A DNA stretch of 64,000 nt, from assembly GCA_026981985.1 (NCBI GenBank), contig JALSHZ010000063.1:2069-66068 (forward strand). The letters are read 5' to 3'. How positions within the stretch are numbered: the stretch's first letter is position 1; every line of letters begins with the position of its first letter. The position numbers were made by a program, and so were the translations under genes. A model generated the notes under the pieces. The model did not search any database. It was not told the DNA's origin and was given only the letters and a program-made list of their open reading frames with translations. The DNA comes from Gammaproteobacteria bacterium (GTDB taxonomy: Bacteria > Pseudomonadota > Gammaproteobacteria > UWMA-0217). Shown in pieces: positions 1 to 12,047 of this stretch.

Positions 1-519
1 TGCCTTGATCGCGTCTGGCAGTGTGGCACGATCCAGGTGGATTTCTCGATGCCGGGTCGGCTGGGGGCAGAATATGTTGCGCCTGATGGGTCGCGCCAGG
101 TGCCGGTCATGCTGCACCGTGCGATACTCGGTTCGTTCGAGCGTTTCATCGGTATTCTGATTGAGCACTATGAAGGCAAGTTTCCGGCCTGGCTGGCGCC
201 GTATCAGGCAGTGGTGATCAATATCACCGACAAGCAGGCCGAGTATGCGACCAGTGTCGCTGAAGCCTTGGAAAAACAGGGCTTTCGGGCTTTTCCCGAC
301 TTGAGAAACGAAAAAATAGGCTTTAGAATCCGCGAGCGCACGTTACAGCGAATTCCATACATGGTTGTAACGGGTGACAAGGAACGGGAATCGGGTACTG
401 TAGCTGTTCGCACACGAAGTGGCGAAGATCTGGGCAGCATGACGCTGGACGCGTTCATGGAACTGCTGGCTGCAGACATCGCGCAATTTGGTCGCGAACA
501 AACACAATTGGAGGGCTGA
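1..519 (+). CDS. thrS: Threonyl-tRNA synthetase, C-terminal part (5' truncated by window)
   Basis: Frame open from base 1 ([13 protein letters not shown]); [23 protein letters not shown] motif; anticodon-binding domain; precedes infC. Confidence 0.98.
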   Translation, partial: CLDRVWQCGTIQVDFSMPGRLGAEYVAPDGSRQVPVMLHRAILGSFERFIGILIEHYEGKFPAWLAPYQAVVINITDKQAEYATSVAEALEKQGFRAFPDLRNEKIGFRIRERTLQRIPYMVVTGDKERESGTVAVRTRSGEDLGSMTLDAFMELLAADIAQFGREQTQLEG

Positions 520-522
520 GAA

Positions 523-1050
523 ATCGCCGCAGCAAAAAAACTGAAGCACCGTATCAACGGTGACATTACCTCTCCACAGGTGAGGTTGATCGACGCCGAC
601 GGAGAAAACAAGGGTGTTCTCCCTACTCAGGAGGCGTTGGCAAAAGCCCAGGAAGCCAAGCTTGATCTGGTCGAGATTTCCCCCAATGTTTCTCCGCCGG
701 TCTGCAAGATCATGGACTATGGGCGCTTTCGCTTCGAGGAAGGCAAGAAGTCTCAGGCCAACCGCAAGAAGCAGAAACAGATCCAGCTCAAGGAAGTCAA
801 GTTTCGTCCTGGTACTGATATCGGCGACTACAATATCAAGTTGCGGAATCTCACCCGCTTTCTCACCGACGGCAACAAGGCCAAGATCACCATCCGCTAT
901 CGGGGCCGTGAAATGGCGCACAAGGAGCTGGGTGCCGAGCTGCTGAAGCGGATCGAAGCCGATCTGGCCGATATCGCCGTCGTCGAGCAGTTCCCGAAGA
1001 TGGAAGGCCGGCAGATGATCATGATCATGGGGCCCAAAAAGGGTAAGTAG
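523..1050 (+). CDS. infC: Translation initiation factor IF-3, non-canonical ATC start
   Basis: [10 protein letters not shown] and [10 protein letters not shown] motifs; frame extends upstream of the track start (580) through [14 protein letters not shown] to an ATC at 523 preceded by GGAGGG. Confidence 0.96.
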   Translation: MAAAKKLKHRINGDITSPQVRLIDADGENKGVLPTQEALAKAQEAKLDLVEISPNVSPPVCKIMDYGRFRFEEGKKSQANRKKQKQIQLKEVKFRPGTDIGDYNIKLRNLTRFLTDGNKAKITIRYRGREMAHKELGAELLKRIEADLADIAVVEQFPKMEGRQMIMIMGPKKGK

Positions 1051-1093
1051 TCCCGTTCGCGAGGGCTTTCTCAGACCCGGTTTCTTTTATTGA

Positions 1094-1122
1094 TTGAAAC
1101 AGCGCGCCAGCATCGGTAGAAT
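1094..1122 (+). promoter_or_regulatory. Putative sigma70 promoter for rpmI-rplT
   Basis: TTGAAA-17 nt-TAGAAT followed by GC-rich discriminator CGCGCG. Confidence 0.6.
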
Positions 1123-1242
1123 CGCGCGTCTTCGCGCCCTGCCGGCGTGGAGAATGATGTCCGGTTGCACACTGTGTCGCCGGCATGGCGAGTGCTTCTG
1201 CTAATGAAGCATTTTTTAGTTGATACGGAGTTGGAGCTGAAG

Positions 1243-1440
1243 ATGCCCAAGATCAAGACCAACCGTGGCGCCGCCAAACGCTTTCGCAAGACAGCGTCGG
1301 GCGCATTCAAGCGAAGCCAGAGCTTTCGCCGCCACATCCTGACCAAGAAGAGCACCAAGCGCAAGCGTCATCTGCGCGAGCCTGCCATGATCGCTTCCTG
1401 CGACTCGGCCATGGTGCGTCGCATGTTACCTTACAGTTGA
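1243..1440 (+). CDS. rpmI: 50S ribosomal protein L35
   Basis: [14 protein letters not shown]...[15 protein letters not shown]; GGAG upstream. Confidence 0.98.
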   Translation: MPKIKTNRGAAKRFRKTASGAFKRSQSFRRHILTKKSTKRKRHLREPAMIASCDSAMVRRMLPYS

Positions 1441-1457
1441 ACGAGGACGAGTAAACC

Positions 1458-1817
1458 ATGCCTAGAGTAAAAAGAGGTGTTACCGCCCGCGCCCGGCACA
1501 AGAAAGTACTAAAAAAGGCCAAAGGCTACTATGGAGCCAGAAGTCGTGTGTATCGGGTTGCCACTCAAGCAGTTACGAAAGCCGGCCAGTATGCCTACCG
1601 TGACCGTCGCCAGCGCAAGCGCCAGTTCCGCGCCTTGTGGATAGCCCGTATCAACGCGGGAGCGCGCATGTTCGGTATTTCGTACAGTCGAATGATCAAT
1701 GGTATGAAGAAGGCCAATATCGGCCTCGATCGCAAGGTGCTGGCTGACCTTGCGGTGCATGACATCGATACATTCGGCAAGATTGCTGAAAAGGCGAAAG
1801 CTGCCCTGGCGCAGTAG
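1458..1817 (+). CDS. rplT: 50S ribosomal protein L20
   Basis: [16 protein letters not shown]...[10 protein letters not shown]. Confidence 0.99.
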   Translation: MPRVKRGVTARARHKKVLKKAKGYYGARSRVYRVATQAVTKAGQYAYRDRRQRKRQFRALWIARINAGARMFGISYSRMINGMKKANIGLDRKVLADLAVHDIDTFGKIAEKAKAALAQ

Positions 1818-1863
1818 CTCTCCTGGGTGGAGCCGCCCCCGATCGGGCGGTTTATCAAGCGCG

Positions 1864-1893
1864 AAAAAAGGGAAGGGCGACCTTCCCTTTTTT
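1864..1893 (+). terminator. Intrinsic terminator after rplT
   Basis: AAAAAAGGGAAGG-gcga-CCTTCCCTTTTTT perfect hairpin with T tract. Confidence 0.85.
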
Positions 1894-1919
1894 ATTTGTC
1901 CCGTGTGACAGCCTGTTGA

Positions 1920-3005
<1,086 letters not shown>

Positions 3006-3068
3006 TCCGCAGTCCATTCGCTATGCATCTGATATTGATGCATAACTTCAATTTTTGATGGCAAGGTT

Positions 3069-5447
3069 ATGAAAATTAACGAATCATGGTTGAGAGAGCT
3101 GGTTGATCCATCGCTGGACGCAAGCGAACTCGGTGAGCTGCTGACGATGGCCGGGCTGGAACTGGATGGCATGGAACCGGCGGCGCCACCGTTTTCGGGC
3201 GTTGTCGTCGCGAGGATTGCCGAGATCGAGCAACACCCCAATGCTGACAAGCTACGTGTCTGCCAGGTTGATACTGGTGGCGATATCCTGACGCAGGTGA
3301 TCTGTGGTGCCGCCAATGCGCGCCAGGGGCTGACGGTCGCCATGGCAACCGTTGGTGCGGTGCTGCCGGGAGATTTCCGCATCAAGAAGGCGAAGCTGCG
3401 GGGTGTCGAATCGTTCGGCATGCTGTGTTCCGAGGCCGAGCTGGGACTGGCCGACAGCGCCGATGGCATCATGGAGTTGCCAGATGATGCGGTGCCAGGC
3501 ACCGATTTTCGTGACTGGCTTAACCTCGACGATATTGTGTTCGATATTGATCTCACGCCCAATCGGGCCGACTGCCTGTCGCTACAAGGCATCGCGCGTG
3601 AGGTATCGGTATTGACCGGCGCGCCGTTGACGCTGCCCGTGGTTGAGGATGTCGCTGCTGCAACACAAGCGTCGCTGGCCGTCGATCTCGACGCTGCGTC
3701 GGCTTGTCCGCGTTACGCCGGTCGTGTGATCACTGCGGTCGATACCAGTGCGGAAACGCCGCTGTGGATGCAGGAAAAGCTGCGTCGCTGCGGCATCAGA
3801 AGCCTCTCGCCGGTAGTGGATGTAACCAACTTTGTCATGCTGGAGCTGGGCCAACCGATGCATGCCTTCGATCTGGATAAGCTGCACGGGGGCATTCGTG
3901 TTCGCCACGCCACCAGCGGTGAAAAGCTGACCTTGCTCGACGGCAAGGAGGTCGAACTCGACGATGACACGCTGGTGATCGCGGATCATGATCGGGCGTT
4001 GGCCATGGCTGGGGTGATGGGGGGCAGTGATTCGGCAGTCGATGAGCAGACGCGCAGTATTTTCCTTGAAAGCGCCTTTTTCACGCTGCAGCAGATTGCT
4101 GGCAAGGCGAGGAAATATGGGCTGCATACGGAATCATCGCATCGTTTTGAGCGGGGCGTCGATTTCTGCTTGCAGCGCAAGGCGATCGAGCGCGCTACGG
4201 CGCTGATACTCGATATTTGCGGTGGCGAGCCGGGCCCTGTGGTCGAAGCCGTCAGCGAAGCCGATCTGCCACAGCTGCCGGCGATTCTGTTGCGCCAGGA
4301 GCGTCCCGCCAGGATGTTGGGGATCGAGATGGACGCGGCGCGAATTGTCACTATCCTCGAAGGCCTCGGCTGTGAGGTCGAAGCCACCGAGGCGGGCTGG
4401 AGCGTCACTCCGCCCAGCTACCGCTTCGATCTGCGCATCGAAGAGGATCTGATCGAGGAGCTGGCGCGGGTTTATGGTTACAACAATATCCCGTCGCATA
4501 GCCGCAGCTGGTCGCCTGAGGTTCGTCCCATTCCTGAGAACGAGGTTCCCGTTGCCATGTTGCGGCAGCGACTGACGGATCTGGGTTATCAGGAAGTCAT
4601 CACCTACAGCTTCATCGATGACAAGACCGAAAGCCTGGTCAACCCCGGCATCCAGGCGTTGGGGCTGGCGAACCCGATATCATCTGAGCTGGCTAACATG
4701 CGCACCACGCTCTGGGGTGGGTTGCTGCAGGTCGTCCGTTACAACCTGCGACGCCAGCAGCCGTCTGTGCGTATCTTCGAAACAGGACTGGTGTTTCTGC
4801 CACAGGCCTCTGGGCTGGAGCAGACTTCACGGCTGGCGGGTGCAATCACCGCCACCGCATTTTCGGAGCAATGGTCCGTGCCAGCGCGTACCCCTGACTA
4901 TTTCGACATCAAGGGGGATGCGGAAAACCTGCTGCAACTCTGCCATCTGGATAGTAAAGTGACCTGGCTCCCGGGCGAACATCCGGCGCTGCATCCTGGT
5001 CAGTGTGCCTCGGTCCGTCTCGACGGCAAGGAGATCGGCATCGTCGGCGCATTGCATCCTGAATTACAGGCCAAACTCGATATCGATGAACCAGTATTCC
5101 TGTTCGACTTCGATCAGGCTGTGCTGCGACATCGGGATTTACCCCAGTTTCAACCACTCAGTCGTTACCCGGCGATGCGCCGTGATATTGCTGTTGTTGT
5201 CGACGAAACTGTGAGCTTTGGCCAAATTTCACAGAGTATCGAGTCGCTCGACCTCGATTTGATTCGCGGCTTTGAGATTTTTGATGTATATAAAGGGGAA
5301 GGCGTAGCATCAGGTCGAAAAAGCATCGCTTTAAGCTTGATTTTACAGGACTTATCGCGCACTCTAGAGGACGAGGTTGTGGAGCGTGCAGTGACGATGG
5401 TGCTGCAAAAACTGGAATCGGATGTTGGAGCGTCCTTGCGAGACTAA
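3069..5447 (+). CDS. pheT: Phenylalanyl-tRNA synthetase beta subunit
   Basis: [36 protein letters not shown]; 792 aa. Confidence 0.98.
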   Translation: MKINESWLRELVDPSLDASELGELLTMAGLELDGMEPAAPPFSGVVVARIAEIEQHPNADKLRVCQVDTGGDILTQVICGAANARQGLTVAMATVGAVLPGDFRIKKAKLRGVESFGMLCSEAELGLADSADGIMELPDDAVPGTDFRDWLNLDDIVFDIDLTPNRADCLSLQGIAREVSVLTGAPLTLPVVEDVAAATQASLAVDLDAASACPRYAGRVITAVDTSAETPLWMQEKLRRCGIRSLSPVVDVTNFVMLELGQPMHAFDLDKLHGGIRVRHATSGEKLTLLDGKEVELDDDTLVIADHDRALAMAGVMGGSDSAVDEQTRSIFLESAFFTLQQIAGKARKYGLHTESSHRFERGVDFCLQRKAIERATALILDICGGEPGPVVEAVSEADLPQLPAILLRQERPARMLGIEMDAARIVTILEGLGCEVEATEAGWSVTPPSYRFDLRIEEDLIEELARVYGYNNIPSHSRSWSPEVRPIPENEVPVAMLRQRLTDLGYQEVITYSFIDDKTESLVNPGIQALGLANPISSELANMRTTLWGGLLQVVRYNLRRQQPSVRIFETGLVFLPQASGLEQTSRLAGAITATAFSEQWSVPARTPDYFDIKGDAENLLQLCHLDSKVTWLPGEHPALHPGQCASVRLDGKEIGIVGALHPELQAKLDIDEPVFLFDFDQAVLRHRDLPQFQPLSRYPAMRRDIAVVVDETVSFGQISQSIESLDLDLIRGFEIFDVYKGEGVASGRKSIALSLILQDLSRTLEDEVVERAVTMVLQKLESDVGASLRD

Positions 5448-5449
5448 CG

Positions 5450-5752
5450 ATGGCACTAACAAAAGCAGACATGGCCGAGATGCTCTATGAACAGCTTGGT
5501 TTGAACAAACGCGAAGCCAAGGAGCTGGTTGAACTGTTTTTCGAGGAGATCCGTCTCGCGCTGGAGAGCGGATCGAATGTGAAGTTGTCAGGCTATGGCA
5601 ATTTTGTGCTGCGGGATAAAAGCCAAAGGCCCGGGCGCAATCCGAAAACCGGAGAGGAGATCCCGATTTCGGCCCGCCGCGTCGTCACTTTCAGACCGGG
5701 ACAGAAACTCAAACAAAGAGTCGAGAATTATGCTGGAAGCGGGGAACAATAA
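5450..5752 (+). CDS. ihfA: Integration host factor alpha
   Basis: [10 protein letters not shown]...[22 protein letters not shown]; canonical position after pheT. Confidence 0.98.
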   Translation: MALTKADMAEMLYEQLGLNKREAKELVELFFEEIRLALESGSNVKLSGYGNFVLRDKSQRPGRNPKTGEEIPISARRVVTFRPGQKLKQRVENYAGSGEQ

Positions 5753-6083
5753 CGAATTGCCGACCATACCCGGCAAACGCTATTTCACCATTGGAGAGGT
5801 GAGCGAGCTGTGTGGCGTCAAGCCGCATGTGTTGCGCTATTGGGAGCAGGAATTTCCTCAGCTCAAGCCGGTGAAGCGGCGCGGCAACCGGCGCTACTAC
5901 CAGCGCCAGGATGTGCTGCTGATTCGGCAGATTCGCAGCCTGTTGTACGAGCACGGGTATACCATTGGTGGCGCGCGCCAGAAACTTTCCGGTGAAGACA
6001 CCAAAGAAGATTCCATTCAGAGTGACCAGATCGTCAAGCAGATTCGTTCCGAGCTTGAAGATCTGTTGAAATTACTCAAGTAA
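5730..6083 (+). CDS. MerR-family transcriptional regulator (ihfA-associated)
   Basis: [33 protein letters not shown]; conserved ihfA-merR-tRNA-Pro synteny. Confidence 0.93.
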   Translation: MLEAGNNNELPTIPGKRYFTIGEVSELCGVKPHVLRYWEQEFPQLKPVKRRGNRRYYQRQDVLLIRQIRSLLYEHGYTIGGARQKLSGEDTKEDSIQSDQIVKQIRSELEDLLKLLK

Positions 6084-6129
6084 CCATCTATATTCCGCCT
6101 AGCTATTCAGTCGGTAGAAAAATAGAGCC

Positions 6130-6250
6130 GTAACTGCTCAGATTGCCGCTAAAGCGCGTCAGATCAAGGCGGGAAATGTGAGTTTACAGGTGTAAATGAC
6201 CATTTCCCAACACAGAGATGGCGCGTTTCAGTGGTGAGCTGAGCAGTTAC
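6130..6250 (+). repeat. ERIC-like palindromic intergenic element / MITE, copy 1 (121 bp)
   Basis: Terminal IR GTAACTGCTCAG...CTGAGCAGTTAC; core GAGTTTAC-aggt-GTAAATGAC flanked by AAGGCGG and CCAACACAG; homologous to 47056-47222 and 55322-55442. Confidence 0.85.
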
Positions 6251-6305
6251 AATTCCGCTCTCCTGATTTTTGCCCGCTCGGGCCTCAATCAATCAACGTC
6301 TTTGT

Positions 6306-6382
6306 CGGGGCGTGGCGCAGTTTGGTAGCGCACTTGCATGGGGTGCAAGGGGTCGTAGGTTCAAATCCTACCGTCCCGACCA
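6306..6382 (+). tRNA. tRNA-Pro (GGG)
   Basis: Cloverleaf; anticodon arm CTTGC-AT GGG GT-GCAAG; GTTCAAATC T loop; CCA end. Confidence 0.97.
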
Positions 6383-6454
6383 TTTATTCATCCGTCGACC
6401 TGCCGGTTTTCGGACAGCATGCCAATGATGGTTATCCTGACGGTCTGACTGCCA

Positions 6455-8725
6455 ATGCATCCCGATTCTCATCATCCCGTTCCGGATCTCAAGCAGCTGG
6501 TACTCGTCGGCGGTGGCCATAGCCAATTGCAGGTGCTGATGTCACTGGCAATGCAGCCGATTCCCGGGCTGCGCACCGTGCTCATCAGCAAGGACACCAT
6601 GACTGGCTACTCGGGGATGCTGCCGGGGTATATTGCTGGGCACTACACTTTTGACCAGACGCATATTGATCTGCGCCGTTTGTGCGCCTGGGCGGGTGTG
6701 GTGTTTATCGAAGACAGCGTCGTCGGGCTCGAAACGACGACACGCAAACTCGCCACGGCTCGTCACGGTGATATCCATTACGACTGGCTATCGATCAACA
6801 TCGGTTCGACGCCGAATCGCCGCCATATCACCGGCCAGACGGACCGCCTGATTCCGGTTAAGCCAATCGATCAGTTCTTGCAGCAGCTTGACCGTATCGA
6901 GCGCCGTGTCATGGACGCTGGCCAGCCGCTGCGACTGGGTGTGATTGGGGCTGGCGCGGCGGGTGTCGAAGTACTGTTATCGCTGAAGTACCGGCTGGAG
7001 CGGCAGCGTGGTGCGACATCATCGGCATCAGACTTCGAATTCCATCTCTTCAATGCAGCCGATAGCATCTTGCCGACCCACAATTCGCGGGTGCGCCGCT
7101 TTTTCCTCGAACATCTTTCTCGTGAAGGCATTGTCGTGCACGACAATTTCGAGGTCGTGGCGCTGGAATCGGTGGATGTGCTGTCCCGAATCGGTGAACG
7201 CGTCGCGGTGGATGAAGTCATCCTCACCACCTCGGCTGCGCCCCAGCCCTGGCCGGGAAGAGCGGGGTTACAGGTGGATGAGCGCGGCTTTATCGAGGTC
7301 AATGCGTTCCTCCAGTCCTGTTCGCACCCCGAGATTTTTGCCGCCGGTGACATCGCGGCCTTTACGCCTTCGCCCACTGAAAAAGCAGGGGTCTTTGCCG
7401 TGCGTCAAGGTCGGCCGCTGGCGGAAAACCTGCGTCGCACGATTGCGGGACGGCCACTCAAACCTTACCGGGCACAGAAGAAGTGGTTGGCCTTACTTGC
7501 CTGCGGCGATCGATATGCGGTTGCGTCTCGCGGCCATTTTTTCGCCCGTGGGCGTTGGGTCTGGCGTTGGAAGGATCACATCGACCGCAAGTTCATGCGG
7601 ATGTTCCAGGACCTGCCCGATATGCCACAGCCCGAGCGGCCGCATCTGGCTGAGGGGCTGCTCGCCGGCAATGAAAAGCTGGTCAGGAATCTTGGCATGC
7701 GGTGTGCGGGATGCGGTGCCAAAGTGGGCGGGGATGTCTTGCAGGGGGTGCTGGACAGTTTGCACCAGGGTTTGAACGGTGCGGTTGCCGGTGAAATCGC
7801 GCGTAGGGATGATGCCGCCGTCATTGACGTGCCGCCAGGGCGGCTGTTGCTTCAGAGTATCGACTACTTCACCGCGCTGGTCGATGATCCCTGGGAGCTG
7901 GGCCGGATTGCCGCCAATCACGCATTGGGTGATATCTATGCGATGGGTGGGCAGCCACACTCCGCATTGGCATTGGCCAGTCTGCCTTACGGGAATGAGC
8001 AGTTACTTGCGGAAACGCTCCGCATGATGCTGGAAGGCGCGATGTCTCTGTTTTCAGATGCCGGGGTTGCGCTGATTGGTGGACACACCAGCGAGGCGGC
8101 GGAGCTGTCGCTGGGATTCAGCGTGAATGGTTTCGTGACCCCGGAGAAGCTGCTGCGCAAGTCTGGCATGCAGCCTGGTGATGTACTACTGATGACCCAG
8201 CCGATTGGAACCGGCGTGCTGTTCGCAGGCCACCAGCAGGCGCGGGCGCAGGGCGTTTGGCTGGAGCAGGCGATCACCAACATGACACGCAGCTACCGGC
8301 ATGCGGCGGAAATTCTGCAGACTCATGGTGCAACTGCCTGTACCGACGTGACCGGCTTCGGCCTGCTCGGTCATCTGCTGGAAATGCTGCGCCCCTCCAA
8401 CCAAAGCCTGTGCCTCGATATTGCCGCGATACCACTGTTGCCTGGGGCGCTGACGTTATCGGCCGAAGGTATTCGTAGCAGCCTGTTTCCTGCCAATAGC
8501 AAGGCGCGCCATGTGATCACAAACCTTGAACAGGCGCATCGTCATGCGGCGTTCGAACTACTGTTCGATCCACAGACGGCCGGCGGATTGATGGCCTTCG
8601 TGCCAGCGGCCAGTGCTGAGGCTTGCCTGCAACAGTTGCAGCAATACTATCCCGACGCGGCGCGGGTCGGTGAAGTCGTCGAAACGGATACTGCCGAAGC
8701 GGCTATTGAGATCACTGGTTACTGA
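6455..8725 (+). CDS. selD: Selenophosphate synthetase (SelD) fused to an N-terminal FAD/NAD(P) pyridine nucleotide-disulfide oxidoreductase domain
   Basis: N-terminal LVLVGGGHS and GAGAAGVE Rossmann motifs, FAAGD; C-terminal MRCAGCGAKVG, DDAAV, ALGDIYAMGG, GGHT, TDVTGFGLLGH, DPQTAGGL. Confidence 0.9.
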   Translation: MHPDSHHPVPDLKQLVLVGGGHSQLQVLMSLAMQPIPGLRTVLISKDTMTGYSGMLPGYIAGHYTFDQTHIDLRRLCAWAGVVFIEDSVVGLETTTRKLATARHGDIHYDWLSINIGSTPNRRHITGQTDRLIPVKPIDQFLQQLDRIERRVMDAGQPLRLGVIGAGAAGVEVLLSLKYRLERQRGATSSASDFEFHLFNAADSILPTHNSRVRRFFLEHLSREGIVVHDNFEVVALESVDVLSRIGERVAVDEVILTTSAAPQPWPGRAGLQVDERGFIEVNAFLQSCSHPEIFAAGDIAAFTPSPTEKAGVFAVRQGRPLAENLRRTIAGRPLKPYRAQKKWLALLACGDRYAVASRGHFFARGRWVWRWKDHIDRKFMRMFQDLPDMPQPERPHLAEGLLAGNEKLVRNLGMRCAGCGAKVGGDVLQGVLDSLHQGLNGAVAGEIARRDDAAVIDVPPGRLLLQSIDYFTALVDDPWELGRIAANHALGDIYAMGGQPHSALALASLPYGNEQLLAETLRMMLEGAMSLFSDAGVALIGGHTSEAAELSLGFSVNGFVTPEKLLRKSGMQPGDVLLMTQPIGTGVLFAGHQQARAQGVWLEQAITNMTRSYRHAAEILQTHGATACTDVTGFGLLGHLLEMLRPSNQSLCLDIAAIPLLPGALTLSAEGIRSSLFPANSKARHVITNLEQAHRHAAFELLFDPQTAGGLMAFVPAASAEACLQQLQQYYPDAARVGEVVETDTAEAAIEITGY

Positions 8726-9111
8726 TCAAGCGGCAAATCGTTATGCACTAGCGTCTCTATCTCGACGCAATCTTGCAGGGTACTGTGCAGCGTGCACAAA
8801 TGCGCGGCTCGCTGTACAGCCTTCAGGCGTGAATCTGGTAACTCCGCCCAGTGAATCAGCATTCTAATCTGGCTGATCCGGGTGGGCTTGCTGGCATATT
8901 CCCAACTGAGGTCGATGGAAATGTCGTCGGTATCGACATCCAGGCGCATTGAGTAGTCTTCCATGACGGCAAAAGTACAACGCCCGAGCGCAGCGACAAA
9001 CATGTGCATGGCGCTGAAATACAGCGCCTCCGATTCGAGCGTAATGTCCATGCCTTCTTCCTCGAAGGCCGCCATTCGGATACGGGTCTGGTCGATGACG
9101 TAAATCTGCAT
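8719..9111 (-). CDS. OsmC/Ohr-like protein
   Basis: 130 aa with ALGRCT and HLCTLHSTL two-cysteine pattern of the OsmC family. Confidence 0.65.
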   Translation of the reverse strand: MQIYVIDQTRIRMAAFEEEGMDITLESEALYFSAMHMFVAALGRCTFAVMEDYSMRLDVDTDDISIDLSWEYASKPTRISQIRMLIHWAELPDSRLKAVQRAAHLCTLHSTLQDCVEIETLVHNDLPLDQ

Positions 9112-9231
9112 GGTGTTCTCGGTCGCTGGGAGAGGTGGCGCGGAGAGTATGACAGATCCAGCTGTTCGTAAAGATCGGCCGGCGTCGTTGCTGTAGAATG
9201 TGACAGATCAATGCACTAAAGGGGAGAAGCG

Positions 9232-9714
9232 ATGCCAAGTTTTGATATTGTTTCCGAGTTTGAACGCCATGAGGCGCAAAATGCCGTCGATCAGGCCAAT
9301 CGCGAAGTATCGACGCGTTTCGATTTTCGCGGCAGTGATGCCAGCTACAGCCTCAAGGACGATGTCATCACCATGCAAGGCAGTGGCGAGTTTCAGCTCA
9401 AGCAGATGCTTGAAATCCTGCAAAGCAAGCTGCATCGCCGCGGTATCGACATTGCCTGTCTCGACGTGGGAGATTCACAGCCGAAGGGCAAGATGCGGAC
9501 TCAGCCGGTTACGCTGCGCCAGGGAATTGATACCGACACGGCAAAAAAGATCGTCAAGTTGATCAAAGAGCAGAAAATGAAAGTCCAGGCTGCGATTCAG
9601 GGCGACAAGCTGCGGGTCACCGGCAAGAAACGTGACGATTTGCAACGTGTGATAGCACTGCTGAAGGAGCAGGATTTTGGGTTACCGTTGCAGTTCAATA
9701 ATTTCAGAGATTGA
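9232..9714 (+). CDS. yajQ: YajQ family nucleotide/c-di-GMP-binding protein
   Basis: MPSFDIVS...RFDF...RVTGKKRDDLQ...LQFNNFRD. Confidence 0.96.
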   Translation: MPSFDIVSEFERHEAQNAVDQANREVSTRFDFRGSDASYSLKDDVITMQGSGEFQLKQMLEILQSKLHRRGIDIACLDVGDSQPKGKMRTQPVTLRQGIDTDTAKKIVKLIKEQKMKVQAAIQGDKLRVTGKKRDDLQRVIALLKEQDFGLPLQFNNFRD

Positions 9715-9760
9715 GCGGGTTTCCAGCGTGCTGGGAAATGACGACTGAACAAGGAAAAAC

Positions 9761-10240
9761 ATGAAACTGAAAAATGTCGCTTGGAAATCATTGCTGGCTG
9801 TTGTTGTGGCCGGTGCCATCCTGAACACCACGCAGGCGGAAAGCCTGATGGAAGCCAACGAGAAGGCGGGCAAGGCTTTTCTGGAGAAGAATCGCCATGC
9901 CGATGGTGTTCAGGTGACTGACAGTGGGCTGCAATACAAGGTGATTCGTGAGGGAACGGGAAAGCGTCCGGGGCCGACTTCGAAGGTGACTGTCAATTAT
10001 GAGGGGCGGCACCTCAATGGCGAGGTGTTCGATAGCTCTTACCAGCGTAACAAGCCGATAACCTTCGGTTTGAACCGCGTCATCAAGGGCTGGACCGAAG
10101 GTTTGCAGTTGATGAAGGAAGGCGCGAAGTATCAGCTCTTTATCCCGCCGGAGCTGGGCTATGGTCACCGAGGAGCAGGTGCGGCGATCGGGCCGAGTGA
10201 GACGTTGATCTTCGATGTCGAGTTGTTGAAGGTCGAGTAA
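9761..10240 (+). CDS. FKBP-type peptidyl-prolyl isomerase, exported
   Basis: Signal peptide; SGLQYKV, VFDSSYQR, VIKGWTEGLQLM, LIFDVELL. Confidence 0.93.
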   Translation: MKLKNVAWKSLLAVVVAGAILNTTQAESLMEANEKAGKAFLEKNRHADGVQVTDSGLQYKVIREGTGKRPGPTSKVTVNYEGRHLNGEVFDSSYQRNKPITFGLNRVIKGWTEGLQLMKEGAKYQLFIPPELGYGHRGAGAAIGPSETLIFDVELLKVE

Positions 10241-10249
10241 CTAGCTGCG

Positions 10250-10278
10250 CCTGCGATGCCGGCTAACGGCATCGCAGG
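10250..10278. terminator. Hairpin between convergent FKBP and proS genes
   Basis: CCTGCGATGCCG-gctaa-CGGCATCGCAGG 12-bp stem; no clear T tract. Confidence 0.45.
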
Positions 10279-10288
10279 TGAGTTCGTC

Positions 10289-12007
10289 CTATTCGCCTGA
10301 CAGTCGCTGCTTGAGAAAATCGACGATCTCGCCGATGGCGATGTTGCTGGCGTCTTCGCTGTTGCGGCGTGACTTGTATTCGACGATGCCTTCATCGAGC
10401 CCGCGTTCACTGAAGACCACGCGATGCGGAATGCCAATCAGTTCCAGGTCGGCAAACATCACGCCGGGCCTGATCTTTCGGTCGTCGAGCAGGACATTGA
10501 TCCCTGCCTCTTGCATTTCCTGGTAGAGCTTCTCGACGGCATCACGCAGGCGTTGCGATTTGTGCAGATTGATCGGGGCGAGGGCGACGGTGAACGGCGC
10601 AATGGCTTCCGGCCAGATGATGCCGTGTTCGTCGTGGTTCTGTTCGATGGCAGCGGCGACGATGCGGGTGATGCCGATGCCGTAGCAGCCCATTTCGAGT
10701 ACTGCGGCTTTGCCGTTTTCGTCCAGCACCTTGACGTCCATGGCTTCGCTGTAGGTGGTGCCGAGCTGGAAGATGTGGCCAACTTCGATGCCACGAACGA
10801 TCTTGATGGTGCCTTTGCCGTCGGGGCTGGGGTCGCCTGTCACAATGTTGCGGATGTCGACTGCGGTTGGCTTCGGCAGATCGCGCTCGAAATTGACGCC
10901 GGTCAGATGAAATCCTTCACGGTTGGCACCACAGACGAAATCATTCAGACCGAGTACCGCAAAATCGGCGAACATGGGCAAGTCGATCCCGACCGGGCCA
11001 ATCGAGCCAGGTTTGCTGCCTGTGGCTTTGATCACATCGGTTTCACTGGCGAACTCCAGCGGCTGTTGCACGCCGGGGAGTTTCTCGGCCTTCACAGCAT
11101 TGAGTTCATGATCGCCGCGCAGCAGTAGCGCAATGAAGGGTTGCTCCTCGCTGTCGCCCCGGACGATGAGCGTCTTGACGATGCGCTCGGCTGGCATGCC
11201 CAGGGCTTTACTGACTTCCTCGATGCTTTCTGCGCCGGGTGTCGCGACTTCGGTCATCGTCTGGGTTGCGTCGCTGGCTGGAGGGACTGGCTGGGTGGGT
11301 GCCAGTTCGATATTGGCGGCGTAATCGCTGCCATCGGAGAATGCGATGGCGTCTTCGCCAGCATCGGCCAGCACATGGAATTCGTGGGAAGCATTGCCGC
11401 CGATGGAACCGGTGTCGGCAGCCACAGCGCGAAATTCCAGCCCCATTCTGGCGAAGATGCGACTGTAGCAGTCGTACATGGCCCGATAGGTTTGCTGCAG
11501 CGAGTCCTTGCCGATGTGGAAGGAGTAGGCGTCCTTCATGATGAACTCTCGCGAACGCATCACGCCGAAGCGGGGCCGGATCTCATCGCGGAATTTGGTC
11601 TGGATCTGGTAATAGTTGACCGGCAGCTGCTTGTAACTGCGGATCTCCTTGCGGGCATAGTCGGTGATGACTTCTTCATGGGTCGGGCCGAGGCAGAATT
11701 CGCGCTCGTGCCGGTCATGCATGCGCAGCAGTTCGGGACCGTATTTTTCCCAGCGGCCTGACTCTTGCCAGAGTTCGGCGGGTTGGACGACGGGCATCAG
11801 CAATTCGACCGCGCCGCTGCCATCCATCTCCTCGCGCACGATGCGTTCGACGTTGCGCAGTACCTTCAGTCCGAGGGGTTTCCAGATATAGAGCCCGGCT
11901 GCCAGGCGGCGGATGAGACCGGCGCGGAGCATCAGCTTGTGGCTGATGATCTCGGCGTCGGCAGGGGTTTCCTTCAGCGTGGAAAGGGGGAAACGGGAAA
12001 CGCGCAT
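10289..12007 (-). CDS. proS: Prolyl-tRNA synthetase
   Basis: [54 protein letters not shown]; INS editing domain. Confidence 0.99.
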   Translation of the reverse strand: MRVSRFPLSTLKETPADAEIISHKLMLRAGLIRRLAAGLYIWKPLGLKVLRNVERIVREEMDGSGAVELLMPVVQPAELWQESGRWEKYGPELLRMHDRHEREFCLGPTHEEVITDYARKEIRSYKQLPVNYYQIQTKFRDEIRPRFGVMRSREFIMKDAYSFHIGKDSLQQTYRAMYDCYSRIFARMGLEFRAVAADTGSIGGNASHEFHVLADAGEDAIAFSDGSDYAANIELAPTQPVPPASDATQTMTEVATPGAESIEEVSKALGMPAERIVKTLIVRGDSEEQPFIALLLRGDHELNAVKAEKLPGVQQPLEFASETDVIKATGSKPGSIGPVGIDLPMFADFAVLGLNDFVCGANREGFHLTGVNFERDLPKPTAVDIRNIVTGDPSPDGKGTIKIVRGIEVGHIFQLGTTYSEAMDVKVLDENGKAAVLEMGCYGIGITRIVAAAIEQNHDEHGIIWPEAIAPFTVALAPINLHKSQRLRDAVEKLYQEMQEAGINVLLDDRKIRPGVMFADLELIGIPHRVVFSERGLDEGIVEYKSRRNSEDASNIAIGEIVDFLKQRLSGE

Positions 12008-12047
12008 GGTGATGACTGCTCCGCAGATAATGGAGCGCCATTCTGTC

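Noticed and set aside
6130-6250. Palindromic repeats as a CRISPR array or attC cassette sites
   Set aside because: Copies are dispersed 8-40 kb apart, with no spacers, cas genes or integron integrase
6322-6522. Short ORF overlapping tRNA-Pro
   Set aside because: Translation of the tRNA sequence, not a gene
6455-8725. Possible selenocysteine in SelD
   Set aside because: The active-site region reads CAGCGAK with Cys codons and there is no in-frame TGA
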